Source of the DNA: Macrostomum lignano
Lineage: Eukaryota
Direction of reading: 5' to 3'
Assembly: GCA_002269645.1 (NCBI GenBank)
Contig: NIVC01004963.1
Location: 1 to 30,006, forward strand
DNA length: 30,006 bases
Shown here: positions 1-12,424 of the stretch, one piece after another
Position numbering within the stretch: the first letter of the stretch is position 1
Layout: each line of letters starts with the position of its first letter
Notes under the pieces: model-generated
Told to the model about the DNA's origin: nothing
The model's database searches: none
The model's input: the letters and a program-made list of their open reading frames with translations, nothing else
Translations under genes and position numbers: made by a program

Positions 1-571
1 CAGGAGTGTACAGCGCCCTAACTTATTTATCGTTAGACATGTACACTTCACAGTGCCTTGGGGTTAATTGCATGAGGCAGAGCCAAGCCGAGATTCCAAT
101 TCAGCCCAAATTAATGTGACTGCACTTGAATCGAGCCTGGGCCGCAAGGCACACCAGAGCAGGCCGCGCTGGACCACTGGCTACTACTGGGTTAACCGGA
201 TTTTTTGCTTAAATCTGTATCATTTGTTATGGCAGTTTTACAGTGCATATGTCTACTAGACTACTTTCAGTATCAGTAGACACGTGCTATGCAGTTTTTC
301 TACACAATTGCATAAGTGTATATGAGTACCTTTTTACTTTAGCGCCCTAATTAATTTACAATACATTTCCACTTAGAAAAATTAGTCTGAGAGAATTTTA
401 ATTGCACAAATAGTATTTCTACTATTAATAATTGATATTACTTTTGTTTATTGATTTGAAAATTTTGCTATCGTTATAAAGGTCGCTTTTGCTTTTTTCT
501 GCTTTTCCAGTTTGTGTTTGCTTCTGCCGTAGCTTATTTCTGTTGTTTAGTCTCTGCACTGCCAGCATCAT

Positions 572-762
<191 letters not shown>

Positions 763-1392
763 ATCTCACTTTCTACTCCCTTTTCGTCTCAATCTTTCTT
801 ATATCTCTGATCTTCATATATCCATGGCTATCGTCCACTGCTTCAATAAGCAAGATTTTCCAAATTTGGCATTTCTGTCTCTTCAGTGTCGCCCACTAAA
901 AATGGCTGACCTTTCTAAGCTTAAAGCACAACTTGTTATGATTTTCACTTGTTGTGCAATGCCCCCTGTTAGTACTTAGGCTGTGAACAAGAATTCATCA
1001 GTATCTCTGTAGATTTCAAGCCTGTGTTTGAATCAGTGAACCTTTAATTGCGTTGAAATAAGGTTTATGTTTTTCACTGAAACGTGAAATTGATTTAAAA
1101 ACATTCATCGCAGACTTTTTCTTTTCTACTGCAAGTAGCTTGTTTGGAATATTAGGAAAAGTTTATTTAAATTTGACTTTTCATAGTATATCAATGCTTT
1201 AATAGGGAATTCGAAACTCAATTTTTTGAGTTGAAACCTTCATTATCCAGCTCTCAGTCACCAAGAAAGCTTTCGATTGCACTAATCGAATCGAAATGTA
1301 CTCAAAAGTGCAGTATAAATCTTTCAATTTAATGAGTCTGTATTAAATATGCTTTGTTGCTATACTCATTTATTAACTCATGGAGATGTATG

Positions 1393-1706
1393 TGGGTCTG
1401 GCTCAAAGTTTATGAGTCTGTCTCCAAGTGGGTGGTGTCTCAAAGTGGGTGAGTCTGTGTCAAAGTTGGTGAGTCTGTCTCGAAGTTGGTGAGTCTGTCT
1501 CAAAGTTGGTGAGTCTGTCTCAAAGTTGGTGAGTCTGTCTCGAAGTTGGTGAGTCTGTCTCGAAGTTGGTGAGTCTGTCTCGAAGTTGGTGAGTCTGTCT
1601 CAAAGTTGGTGAGTCTGTGTCAAAGTTGGTGAGTCTGTCTCATAGTGGGTGAGTCTGTCTCAAAGTGGGTGAGTCTGTCTCAAAGTGGGTGAGTCTGTCT
1701 CAAAGT
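1393..1706. repeat. 20-bp minisatellite, consensus CAAAGTTGGTGAGTCTGTCT, about 15 copies
   Basis: 13 in-register units at 1441-1700 plus degenerate units upstream. There are no unique spacers. Confidence 0.95.
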
Positions 1707-2470
1707 AAGGGCCTAGCCCATCTCTATAGTGGTGTTGAAACTGGCACTTCATATTCTCCCAGTGCGTGAGAGTATGGGCAGCCCATATCTATACCACGGG
1801 AAGAACTTGAGAGTGGAAATTTCCGTCAAGACAGCGTACAAACCAGAACACTGAAGTACTTAATATACCAATGTACATAAACAGTCAACAACGAGGCCAA
1901 AAATAGTTGCTAAATGTACATTTCGTATTCTCGTATACACTGTGTAAGAATGTACAGTATTAACACAAAATATTTTCGGAATTCAGGGTCGCAGAAATGT
2001 CATGTGTGCTTGCTTGGTTTTGTTACGCAGATAAAATGCCAGGAAAGCTCTATAGATACAGCTAGAGTCTAGTTGAAAAGAAATTCACGAAAACAGTTCT
2101 GAAGCTCGCTTGATATTCACGAACCAAGTTAGGACTCCGACTATACAGTGTAATTGTTCATTTTTTAAAAAGGGCATCATTTAACAATGTAACTTCTCCG
2201 GAGCACACTAAAAAAGAAGATATCAAATCTAGCGTTTGTATTTTAATGGCACAAAACGCCTTTGTGGATATCAGCTGTGCTGCAATAAGTTCAAACTGTG
2301 TCAACTGCTGCGATAAAGCATGGAGCTGAAAGTAGACGATTTACAGGTAGATTGCTCTGACCAAGGCAAAGAGGAAGAAATTCTGGTAAGAAAACTTGCA
2401 TGTAACATCCATCAGGACTTTTCTGACGTAGAAAGATACAGTAAAGCTTTGTTAAAAACAAAAACTTCAG

Positions 2471-2835
2471 ACTCTCCATGAGCTTGTCGTGACCTCAGGC
2501 AGGCTATGATCCCGAGATTCTCCATATGACCTTTGCCATTATCTCAGGCAGGCTATGACCCCAGATTCTCCATATGACCTTTGCCATGACCTCAGACAGG
2601 CTATGACCCCAGATTCTCCATATGACCTTTCCGCGACTTCAGGCAGGCTATGATCCCGAGATTCTCCATATGACCTTTGCCATGACCTCAGACAGGCTAT
2701 GACCCCAGATTCTCCATATGACCTTTGCCATGACCCCAGACAGGCTATGACCCCAGATTCTCCATATGACCTTTGCCATGATCTCAGGCAGGCTATGACT
2801 CCAGCTTCTCTATGAACTTGTTGTGACCTCAGGCA
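2471..2835. repeat. 48-bp minisatellite (CATGACCTCAGACAGGCTATGACCCCAGATTCTCCATATGACCTTTGC), about 7.5 copies
   Basis: Tandem units are readable directly. The minus-strand ORF 2539-2841 shows the matching 16-aa periodicity. Confidence 0.93.
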
Positions 2836-3269
2836 TACCATAACCCTAAATCACTCAGTCACCTTACTGTTACCTCAGCTGCTTCCTAAAATCTGCATAA
2901 TCTCTGACACTAAATGACCTCTACTTGATCTTATGCACTTTTTTATTCCCAGACACTTCCTGACCGCGTGCAGTGTATGAAGTGTTATTCTCTTAATACT
3001 GAACATTACTTTGTCTTTGCAGACAATATCGTGACTTGAACTTTGCCCTAACTTCTTGAAACTACATGTAGATGTAGATTCTGCATGCATACATGTACCT
3101 GCAGTCTGCGGACCAAAGCTTTCCCGATGACCTTGCCGTGACCCTTGACACCAATCGTACACAAAAAATTGAGCAATTAAACAGCAAGCTTGGAGCATAG
3201 AGCCAAACCGTAAAGAGGCTATTAAAAGTAGATGAACAAACAAGACATTGATAAATTCCCACGTTCCAG

Positions 3270-3802
3270 CTGGTTGGCTCTCGCATCTGCAAGCTGGCCG
3301 CGTCAGGCGACCTCATCGGATTGAAATCGGCGACAGACGAGTTGGGGATCGGCTCAGCCGCCGGACCTGCCCTGTCAGTTGATGACCTGTTCGATTCGAA
3401 CGGCTTCAATCCGCTGATGCGCTCCGCGGCTATCGACCGTCGCTCGCCGTCGATTCAAGGCCAAGTCGAGTGTGCTCGACATCTGCTAGTGACCTGCGGC
3501 GCCGATCCGGATGCTAGCGGCGCCAAACAGGCGTCCGGATTTCGCGCTCTTCACCTGGCGGCCGAGACCGGCAACGAGGAGGTAGCCAGGCTGCTGCTGG
3601 CTGCGGGAGCCGATCGGGATGCTCAAACGGTGGACGATTGTTGGACGCCGTTGATGCTGGCAGTGATCGGCGATCAGCTGGGAGTTGCTCGGCTTCTGTT
3701 GCAGTGCCAGGCCGATGCTGCACTGCGCGACTCTTCGGGCCGCACGGCCGAGGACTGGGCGGTCAGGCTGGGTCGTTGCGAAGTGCTGAACGTTCTGCGA
3801 AG
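3270..3802 (+). CDS. Ankyrin-repeat exon of a Mind bomb-like E3 ubiquitin ligase (internal exon; upstream exons not found)
   Basis: Ankyrin motifs GFNPLMRSA, GFRALHLAAETGNEEVARLLLAAGAD, WTPLMLAVIGDQLGVARLLL and GRTAEDWA. Acceptor ttccag|CTG at 3269/3270 and donor AG|gtcagt at 3802/3803 (phase 2). Confidence 0.85.
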
Positions 3803-4587
3803 GTCAGTGGGGAGGCTGGTGAATGTTGAGCTTGGGGGGTACAATAGCGGCCAGTTTATTAGCGCTCACACAGATCGCACTGAGTCCATAAGTATAGTCT
3901 GAGTAATCCGCCTTATAGTTAGCTTAATTTGCTGTTATTAAACGGAAGAGATTACAAGGGTTTATATAAACTAACTTGAAAGTTTCTTACAAGAAATTTT
4001 TTCCATTTTTAAGGCCTCACATGCTTTCGCCTTAATATTCGACCGCTTCACCTGACTTATAACAAGCAACGTTTTCGCAAAACTGACTGTAGCTTGTTAG
4101 GCACCTTTATTGTACTCCCTTATACTTAAATGAGCCCCTTGAAGTTGCTTCCTGACTGGCTTTGCACACCTAGAGCTCAAGAGAAGGCCAGGTCAATCAA
4201 CTTTGCAGTCAGCGGCCACAGGAAGCCGCACAAAAGAGAAAAAGATTGAACGAAATTCAGTTCTATTCAGCATACGAGATTTCTAAAAGGTCATAGCATT
4301 CATAAAAAACAACAGAACTGTCTAAATTTTAGTTTCTTACTCCAATCAAGAGCTTTGAATTGAGTCTTTAAAGCTTCCTCGTGTACTTGAAGTTCTACAT
4401 CGATTCGGCCCAACGCTAATACACTACAAGAACCGTAATCCCCTGGAGAAAGCTCCGCTCTTACGAGGCAGTAGAAAGACAGAGAAGTCGCCGTTTTGAT
4501 AGTCCGCCTCCATTTAAAGCCCAAGCTGGAAATCTTTTTGTACGGTTGAAAAACCAGCCTCTTAAAGTCGATCACTAACCCCCACAG

Positions 4588-4957
4588 AGACCTATGCGAA
4601 GTGTGTCGCACGGACGATGTCGCAGTCACTTTCCGACCGTGCGGCCATCGAACAACCTGTCGCAGGTGCTGCGTCCTCTTGACCGTTTGCCTCTCCTGCA
4701 ACCGGCCCATTGAGATCAAGGAAGGCCAGCTGGAGGCTGCATCAGCTGATGATGAAGCTTCGTCAACCTCGACAGAGCCTGTACCCATCGATCAGCAACA
4801 GCTGGACGAAAGATTCCAGTGCCGCGTCTGCATGTCCTCCAGCGTCGGCGTTGCCTTCGGCTGCGGACATCAGGCCTGTCGCGGCTGCGCCAAGCAGCTG
4901 ACAGCTTGCCACATGTGCAGACGCTCCGTGGACACGAGAATTAGACTGTATAATTGA
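4588..4957 (+). CDS. Terminal exon with two C3HC4 RING fingers, Mind bomb (MIB1/MIB2)-like C-terminus
   Basis: Branch/acceptor cactaacccccacag|A joins the phase-2 donor in frame (LRR-DLCEVC). RING1 is CEVC..PCGHRTTCRRC..CLSC. RING2 is CRVC..FGCGHQACRGC..CHMCRRSVDTRIRLYN*, resembling the MIB C-terminus. QQQLDE precedes the last RING. Confidence 0.88.
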
Positions 4958-6554
4958 ACTTTAGCCGCCAGATGACTTTGGAATCGATACGAGCTGATAG
5001 GTCACTGCTATACTTGGCGCAATTTTTCACCGTATAGTATGCCAATGCCAGCACTGACTCATATAAACACTGTGTATAAACACTCTCACACAGGGTCTAA
5101 AGTGGCCCTAACATTCTCGTTGTCTGGCAAGTGTACAAACTCTGTAATTTACTCTTGTATTGCGCTCCTGAAAATGTATAAAATTACCGTCTTGATATGT
5201 AAACTTTTTATCTGATTAGTATCATGTCTCATACATGTATTTTATGCACTACTCGCATGAGAAGCTAGTATAGTATGTCATATTAACCATCCATTGTTTG
5301 CCACTGGACTAACACCCCAAGGAATTCTGGTGTTTAAAAACTCATTAAATAAACCAATCAACACGCCCACTGCTGACTCTCAGAACTTCCATCGACCTGA
5401 ATCTAATTATCAGTTGTATGATAGGCTAAGCTTGCATAAATTATCCATTAATTTATGCTTACCGTTTGAACTAAGAATTTTCCCACCAATAATAGAGAAA
5501 TCAGTTCTTGTCTTGCGTTGTTTTCTAAGTTTTAGGAATCCAGCAAATTTGCATAGGCAAGAAACTTAACAACTTAGCTGTTTTGCATTCGAAATCGCCG
5601 CAAGCAATGCTGATTATTTCAGCTTGGTGAGAGCCTCTTTAATAGTTGCCACTGTGTGAACGGTAACCTGAGGTCAACCAAGGTAGCTGTTCACGTTGCT
5701 TTATATTAAAGCATTTACACTGTAGTCCGAAATATTTTAAGGATCGCGTGACTTCTCTTTTTGTTAGCAACTTTTTGAGCCCTCGCTTACAATTCTGGAG
5801 AGTATTTACACCAGATCTAGAAAAATCTGGCTCTCCTGAGTGACCGGAGCGCCCTCAGGTGAGGGCCCTGAGTGCCTCTTTGTCTGAAGCCTGAGACGCC
5901 TTCTTATGAGCGTCCGGAGCACCTCATAAGTCTCCAAGACGCCTTTACTATGATTGTCAGGATGTCTGCCGTATACACCAGCATGTAAACTTGGCTTTCT
6001 GATTGTTGAAGTGGAATTTCAGGGTGCTAAATTATACTCATGTATTCATTACATGTATTCAGATACCAAAAATTCTCACTATTCTACAGTAAGCCCATCA
6101 ATTTCTTTTCTAGATTATAGACTACATGCGTTTAGAACAGAGCTACACTACACTACGTTCTGTATAGCACACCTGACCGTTTCATTTTAAGTGACTATGC
6201 CGTTCTTGGTGGCAGCCAGTGATGGGGTGGCTTTTGTCGGCGTGCCTCGTAATAAAATAGAGAGTAGAGGCAGAGACGAGGGAGTGGGCTAGGGAAAGGG
6301 GAGAGAGGGGAGAAGAGAGAGCGAGAGCAAAGAGGAACTGCTAGAATGGGAGTAGAGCTGAGCTTCAGCCAATAGGGCTGCAGTGGCATGGCTAAAAAAG
6401 GTGTGCCGCGGATCGTTTGCGTGTATACGACTAGCTAGCTGGCGGGGGGCTGCACCTGCACTGTACTATTATTCTGCCATCCCCTCTCCCTCTCTCTCTC
6501 TCGCTATAATCTGCCACAATTTCCTACCTTGCCAGTCAAACGCATCTCGCACTC

Positions 6555-6560
6555 TATAAG
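6555..6560 (+). promoter_or_regulatory. Candidate TATA-like element upstream of the NtA-like gene
   Basis: TATAAG about 50 nt upstream of ATG 6606. Motif and position only. Confidence 0.25.
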
Positions 6561-6605
6561 GTTAAGAAGCAGCTGAGTAGCAGGTCCGACTCTCTCCCTC
6601 ACACT

Positions 6606-7383
6606 ATGGGAGCCGCGCATTGTGCAGCATACGTCAGCCTAGTTGCAGTCTGCTGCACCGCACTGACAGCTGCCGACTGCAGCTACCCAGCGGCTCAGCA
6701 GATGTTCGACCTGGCCCGGGTCTCTCTGGACGGCTGCGCCCAGCGACTGGCCAGCCTGGCGCACATCTTCCGCGACGGCACGCAGCAGGGCGCGAGCTCG
6801 CGAGAGCACCAACTGGTGGCCGCCCGATTCTTGACGGCCAATCTGGTGTTCACCGGACTCGCGACGCACGTTCGAACGTTGTCGGATGCTGCTACTAGCG
6901 AGGGCGGAGGCACAGACTACGAGGTTGTGGTTAAGCCGAACTGCTACGTGAAAGGCCGACTGCCACCTGGTGACGTCACCCTGACCGGGTTGACACCCTC
7001 GATGAAAAACGGACTCTGCCTGCCCGTGAGGGTCCAGGTTGGAGACTTCGGTATGTTCTTCGCCACCGTTCTGCCTTCTGGCCAGGTGGCTATCAACGAG
7101 AACGGATTCGCTGCTGAAGGACGCCAGCTGCAGACAGCCTGGCAGGCTCTGCAGTGTCGTCAGAACCAGGCCGAGGTGAAGCCGCTGCCAGTGGCGGGTG
7201 CGAGCAGAGGCTGCGGCCTGGCAATCAACAACTCCGCATCGGAGGACTGTGTGCTGACCCTCGCTGCGGCTAGGGAAGTCCTTCGTCGGAAATTCGTTTT
7301 TTACGAGGCCGATCTAAAGCTGGAATGTCAGCTGGGTCAGGATGCCGTGCTGAGCAGGTTGCTCAAGGGGCCAGCTGAGTTCG
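6606..7383 (+). CDS. Exon 1 of a secreted protein with an agrin NtA / TIMP-like OB-fold segment
   Basis: Hydrophobic signal peptide (AYVSLVAVCCTALTAA) followed by D-C. The motifs ANLVFTG, YEVVVKPNCYVKG, VTLTGL and C..VQVGDFGMFF parallel agrin NtA (ANVVLTG, YSCKVRVWRYLKG, VVISGF, C..VSTGDTRIFF; recalled, not aligned computationally). Donor TTCG|gtgagc at 7383/7384. Confidence 0.75.
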
Positions 7384-7388
7384 GTGAG

Positions 7389-7745
<357 letters not shown>

Positions 7746-7811
7746 CTGAGTAGCCAAAATTTTGATTTAGCACATCGCCTTCATAACTAAAGATGCTTTC
7801 TAAATCTTTAG

Positions 7812-7900
7812 CTGGCCACCTGTTCAAATATAGCGATCAATATGCCGAATCTCCAGCAGCTTTTGTCCAGACCGTGAGCATTGATTTGCTCTATCCTTAG
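7812..7900 (+). CDS. Candidate exon 2 of the NtA-like gene (AGHLFKYSDQYAESPAAFVQTVSIDLLYP*)
   Basis: Acceptor tctttag|CT fits phase 1 and reads open to TAG 7898-7900. Alternatives are an internal donor at 7873/7874, or an acceptor at 7900/7901 giving GDLLIDLSHLLVPQSI* (stop 7948-7950). Confidence 0.4.
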
Positions 7901-8673
7901 GTGACCTCCTCATCGACCTTTCGCACCTGCTTGTACCACAATCTATTTAGTTCTATCATTCTTTTTTCGCAAGCATTCTACATACATCATCTCCTCTGTT
8001 GGCTCGAGGGCAGCTTTAGCTGGGAACTCAGTCAGGAAACAAAAATCGCGTTGTTTCCTGCCAACAGAGGAACAGTTGAAAATATGAAATTTAATTAATT
8101 TATTCTAATCATTCTAGGATGAAGCAGGAATTGCAATTCTTCCCTGCGTCCTTCTCGATCCCTTCTCTGGCTCTTTAACGCTCGTGCAAATTGTCAGAAT
8201 TTATAGAATTTCCTCCGCACGCACACAACTGGCGCCTCTGTTTCTGCTAATTCCCAACCCTTCCCCCTCTCCCCTACTCCCGATCCCTCTCTCCTTAAAG
8301 AAGCACCGAGAAATGAAATTTTGCATCAAGCCAGCCAACCCCCAATACCTCCGCCTTTCTCAGCTTGAATCAAATTAGGAAACCTTCTCTCTAACCCCAA
8401 GCCTGGGGGTCACGTCCCCAAGCGTCGCAGAGCGGCGACCAGCATCACGACAGACTCGTTATGCCTCATCAAACACCGCGGCCCAGCCTCATCAGCGAGT
8501 TGGGGTGGCGGCTAGCATTCTGAGCTCAATACCCATATAAGCATGCCTATCACTCGTATAGTGAAATGACGAAAATATCAGCACTTGACTGTGTTAAGCT
8601 GGGTAATTTTTCTCACTTTGAGTCATTTTGTCATTGGAAAAGTATTATTACAGAGCGCTAGGCATTAGTCGAA

Positions 8674-8766
8674 GTTTAGACTTAAGCTAGGGTTTAGGCT
8701 AGGGTTTAGTTTAGAGTTTAGGTTAGAGTTTAGGTTAGGGTTTAGGCTAGGGTTTAAGCTAGGTTT
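8674..8766 (+). repeat. Degenerate telomere-like (TTAGGG/TTTAGG/CTAGGG) tract
   Basis: ctagggtttaggctagggtttagtttagagtttaggttagagtttaggttagggtttaggctagggttt read directly. Confidence 0.8.
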
Positions 8767-9760
8767 AAAAACCTAACAGAGCTTTGTCATCCCATGTTAC
8801 GAAAGTTACATAGATATGGGTCAACCTGGGACTATTTCAGTAGACTTTGTTACTTTACTTTATATGTTACTTTAGTCGTCCTTGGGGTCAATAAAACGAA
8901 TTTTTTTCGCAAAATCATATAAATCTAAATTTGGAATTCACTATAAAAAGAGGTCAGAGCATCTCAACGGTTTACGCTTCTGTCTTTCCATGTCAAATTA
9001 TAGTAGTATAAAACGGGTTTTTTTCGTTTTTTTCAGACGTCAATCGAAGCTCAAATGTGCAAAAACAGCGTTGCGGGCTGCTGCTGATGCTGATGCTAGC
9101 TCTCTGCTCTACGTCAAGGACAATCACGTCAGCTGCTTTCGGGCTGCAAGCAATCGGCTGCATCTAGTCTGCTTTGAAAAATACATGTAATAAGACGGTC
9201 CACCTAAAGCCATTATTGTTCAATTTGCAATTGCTAATCAATTGTGTTTATTAGTGATTTTTTACAAATTAAATTTAATTTTAGCTATAAATTCTTTTAC
9301 AAGTATTAATGCTAACATCAATTCGATTGACAAACTCTGTTAGGGATCAGTTAGACATGGCGCTAAAATGTTAGATATCAGGCTGACATGGCGCCAAACT
9401 ATTAAAAGCCGGCTTATTTATTTGACTTGCATTGCACAATTGTCCCAATTAAAATTTTCATTCATTAAATGTTCGATTATTGCCATTGTTATTAGAATCT
9501 TATACCGTGATTAGTAAATACTGATCCGTACTTGTACACTATAGGCTGTGAAACAGTCCTTTTGTTCATCTACTAATTTAAACAATTCCTATATTCATTT
9601 AGCTCTAACAATAAATTAAATTATAGCAATAAAAGTTAATTAAAATTCTTGCCAGTGTTTATTCCTGTTTCAATTGTCACATTTCCGTTTTTTCAACCAA
9701 TAATTGGTGATGTACGCTCGTAATATCTTCTTAATCTACTTTAAGTAGAGAGAAGAAAAC

Positions 9761-9802
9761 TTAACCTAACCTAAATTTAACCTGAACCCTAACCTAAACT
9801 CT
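9761..9802 (-). repeat. Degenerate telomere-like tract in opposite orientation (CCTAA/CCCTAA)
   Basis: The reverse complement of 9781-9802 matches 8725-8746 at 21 of 22 nt. Confidence 0.7.
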
Positions 9803-10049
9803 CACTCTTAGCTCACAGGCTTGCGTTGCAGGTGATAATTGCGCTCCGATTCGATGCAGCAATCCGGAGTCCGCATTGTCAATGAACTTTTTCCTGTCCA
9901 AGAAAACCTGGATTTAGAAAAAGGAGACTGCTCAGCATGTATCGACCCATGCAAGTGCAAAAATCAATGCCGGACTTGGGCAGCGGTTAGGCGGTTAAAA
10001 ATCTATGACAATTGTCAGTGTTCTCGTATTTTACAATCGGATATGATAG

Positions 10050-10213
10050 TAATAGAGAGTAATAGAGTAAAATAGAGAACAGAGAAGAGAGATAAAAATG
10101 AGAGATAGGAGAAACGAGAAACCAGGAGCCAGAGACGAGGGGAGGCAAAAATACAGGATATGAGAGGAGAAGAGAGATGGCATAGGAGAGGAGAAAGAGA
10201 GAGCTGAGAAGAG
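10050..10213. repeat. Purine-rich (GA-rich) low-complexity tract
   Basis: Almost only A and G, with irregular GAGA/AGAAG words. Confidence 0.7.
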
Positions 10214-11207
10214 TCACAAACCTTGAGCAGGCCAGATTGCTATTGTGAAGTTTCGAAGGACCCGAGGCCCGGATAGAGAGGCTTGGTGGGCCGCAGTTTG
10301 CCGACCCGTACATCCCGTACAACCATAATACGTTGACCATTGCTTAGCTACCATTGTGTTTATAAAATCGAACCTTGATTTTTAACGGCTAACCACAGAT
10401 CAAAAATCTTTATGCTTTATAAAATTGCTAGAGCATGGGTCGGATCAGGCGTTCCAGCTCTTCAACAGCGTTTCGGCTGGAACGAAAGCGCTGTACAAAA
10501 TCTCTATCGTCCTCGAAGAACGTCCTTGGAGACTCTCTCGACTTTGGACGAAGCAGGTTCTTCCTAGACGTTCCATAATTGAAGAAAGTCCATAAATTTT
10601 GCTTGGTTTTATCCAGCCTAGACTGGGCTAAAAGTTGCTTTATATCAAGCTAGTGGTAGACTGAGAGGAGCATCGTAAAATGGGAATTTGCATCAACATA
10701 TATAGAATAACTAAAATAACACTATATAAGACTAAAATAAATTGGTCCCAGAAGGTATGGTGGTCGGCAACTAAGTGCTTAAAACCATGCACTTTCTTTA
10801 GTGATCCTTGAGTGGCAATGAGTGCCGAGTGGCTATAAATATAGTTATTCCAAGTATATACCTCCATGTATAGCGTCCCGTGTGTGAAATATCAACACTC
10901 CAAGCTGAGACGCTGGAAATTAAAATATATTTAAATTAGTCACGAACGCTTGGACAGACTGTTTCATCCACGTTCCGATCTGATTGGCCAGTTTTGAGTG
11001 GCGTGGTCAAAGCTACACTCTCCAGCTCTTCCCAGCCATCCCAGGTTTTTAAGACCCACCCCCCTGTCCGACGACCTGACTGCTGTGCTGATTCGGATCA
11101 ACTGAAAAAGTGATACTGCGGAGTCGAATTTCCAATCGAAAGATCGAAGGCGAATTCTTGCTTAGGAGCTTCTTTTCCTTGTTCCAAAGGGACTGGAAGT
11201 AAAGGCG

Positions 11208-11342
11208 ATGGTTTTTCTTCTAGCAGCAAATCGACTTCTGCTTGCGTCTGGAGCTGTCGGCCTGTTGCTGGCGGTGTTGCTGGTTCAGGGGCCGCCCGGT
11301 TCGGAAGCCTACTTGAGGCTCATGGGTGGCCTTGAGTCCATG
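11208..11342 (+). CDS. Exon 1 (signal peptide) of a secreted cystine-knot / RFamide-tailed precursor
   Basis: ATG 11208, hydrophobic core LLLASGAVGLLLAVLLV, plausible cleavage at SEA|YL, donor ATG|gtgagc at 11342/11343 (phase 0). Confidence 0.8.
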
Positions 11343-11585
11343 GTGAGCCTGCTTGTAGTAGTTCACTCGGCCTGTCACTCATACTGTGCCTTTCACTCAG
11401 ACTGTCACTCTTTCTTTGTTGCTCTCTCCTCATCCTTCACTCTACCTCCCAATCCCTGCGCTTTACTCTGTTGGTCGCTCACAGACCCTCTTACTGTCTG
11501 TCAATACTCTGTACTCTATTTGCTGAAAACAATTTCAACAGAATTTAAGAGAATAGAAAATTCTCACAAAACCATTTCATTTTAG

Positions 11586-11670
11586 TGTCAGGGCCAAGGC
11601 GCTCATTGTTGGAGCGACGCCATCTGCTGCCAGGGACTCAAATGCCAGCGAAATTGGTGGCAGTACAAGC
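11586..11670 (+). CDS. Exon 2: inhibitor-cystine-knot-like core (CQGQGAHCWSDAICCQGLKCQRNWWQYK), absent from the ORF track
   Basis: Acceptor cattttag|TGT and donor C|gtgagt at 11670/11671 (phase 1). Spacing is C-x6-C-x5-CC-x4-C. Confidence 0.8.
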
Positions 11671-11936
11671 GTGAGTAGCGTACTCAGCTCTGGGAGTCTG
11701 AAGAGGAGAGGAATTCACTTGGGAGGCTTCGAAAGTTGTCAATTTTTCAAATTGAGTCGTCAAAGCAATCAATGGCTATGGCAGTCAGAGAGTGGACTGT
11801 CTAAGATCTGAGTCTCACGGAGAGATGTTTCAGAATGAGGAGTCAGATATTGGGGAGAGTTAGGAAGAGAGCTAGTCTGACACTCCGGTGAAGACGCAGT
11901 TTAGTTTAGTTCACAATTTCACGCTCACACATTCAG

Positions 11937-12217
11937 GCTCAATCAGCGGTGTCTGCCAGTCGCCCTCGGCCGAAATCCCCGGCGAGGAATGGTCAGCCCG
12001 CGTTTCAAGCTACAATGCGGCTCCGTCGTGGAGCCAGTGCCGCACCGACTGGGACTGCCCTCGAGGTCAGTGCTGCCACACCAGCCTGGCCAGCGGTCGT
12101 GGAATTCGTCGACGAATCTGCAGTCGGACAATCTGTCCGGGAGACGACGAGGACGCGGAAACGGATCGAACGGATGACCAATACGAGAACTACTATCCCA
12201 GGCGGTTCGGACGCTAG
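11937..12217 (+). CDS. Exon 3: sixth knot Cys, second six-Cys module, acidic spacer, C-terminal YENYYPRRF-G-R*
   Basis: Acceptor acattcag|GC completes CGC in phase 1 and enters the 11888-12217 frame. The module is C-x5-C-x4-CC-x14-C-x4-C. Stop is TAG 12215-12217. Confidence 0.8.
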
Positions 12218-12316
12218 CATCAGAGGCTCAAATCAAGTCCGTTATTCTTGAGAATCAATTTAAAACGCACACACACCATCGCACTTAAAAAGTTTGTGAT
12301 CTTTATGAACCGTACA

Positions 12317-12322
12317 AATAAA
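12317..12322 (+). promoter_or_regulatory. Candidate polyadenylation signal AATAAA of the cystine-knot gene
   Basis: AATAAA 100 nt downstream of the stop codon. Confidence 0.45.
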
Positions 12323-12424
12323 AAAACGATGGGACCGCGACCTTGGGACCGAATTCCCTCGATTGTTTGCGAGACAGTACCTTTGGTTTATTCAGTTTCA
12401 TGACGTCAAGCATTCAAAAGACCT

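Noticed and set aside
4300-4587. Minus-strand ORF 4300-4788 as a nested antisense gene
   Set aside because: About 40% of it is the shadow of the RING exon, and the remainder has no recognisable motif or splice support.
10266-10307. GGCCCGGAT..GGGCCGCAGTTTGCCGACCC as a hAT-like element end
   Set aside because: It resembles such termini from memory, but I found no partner terminus or target-site duplication.
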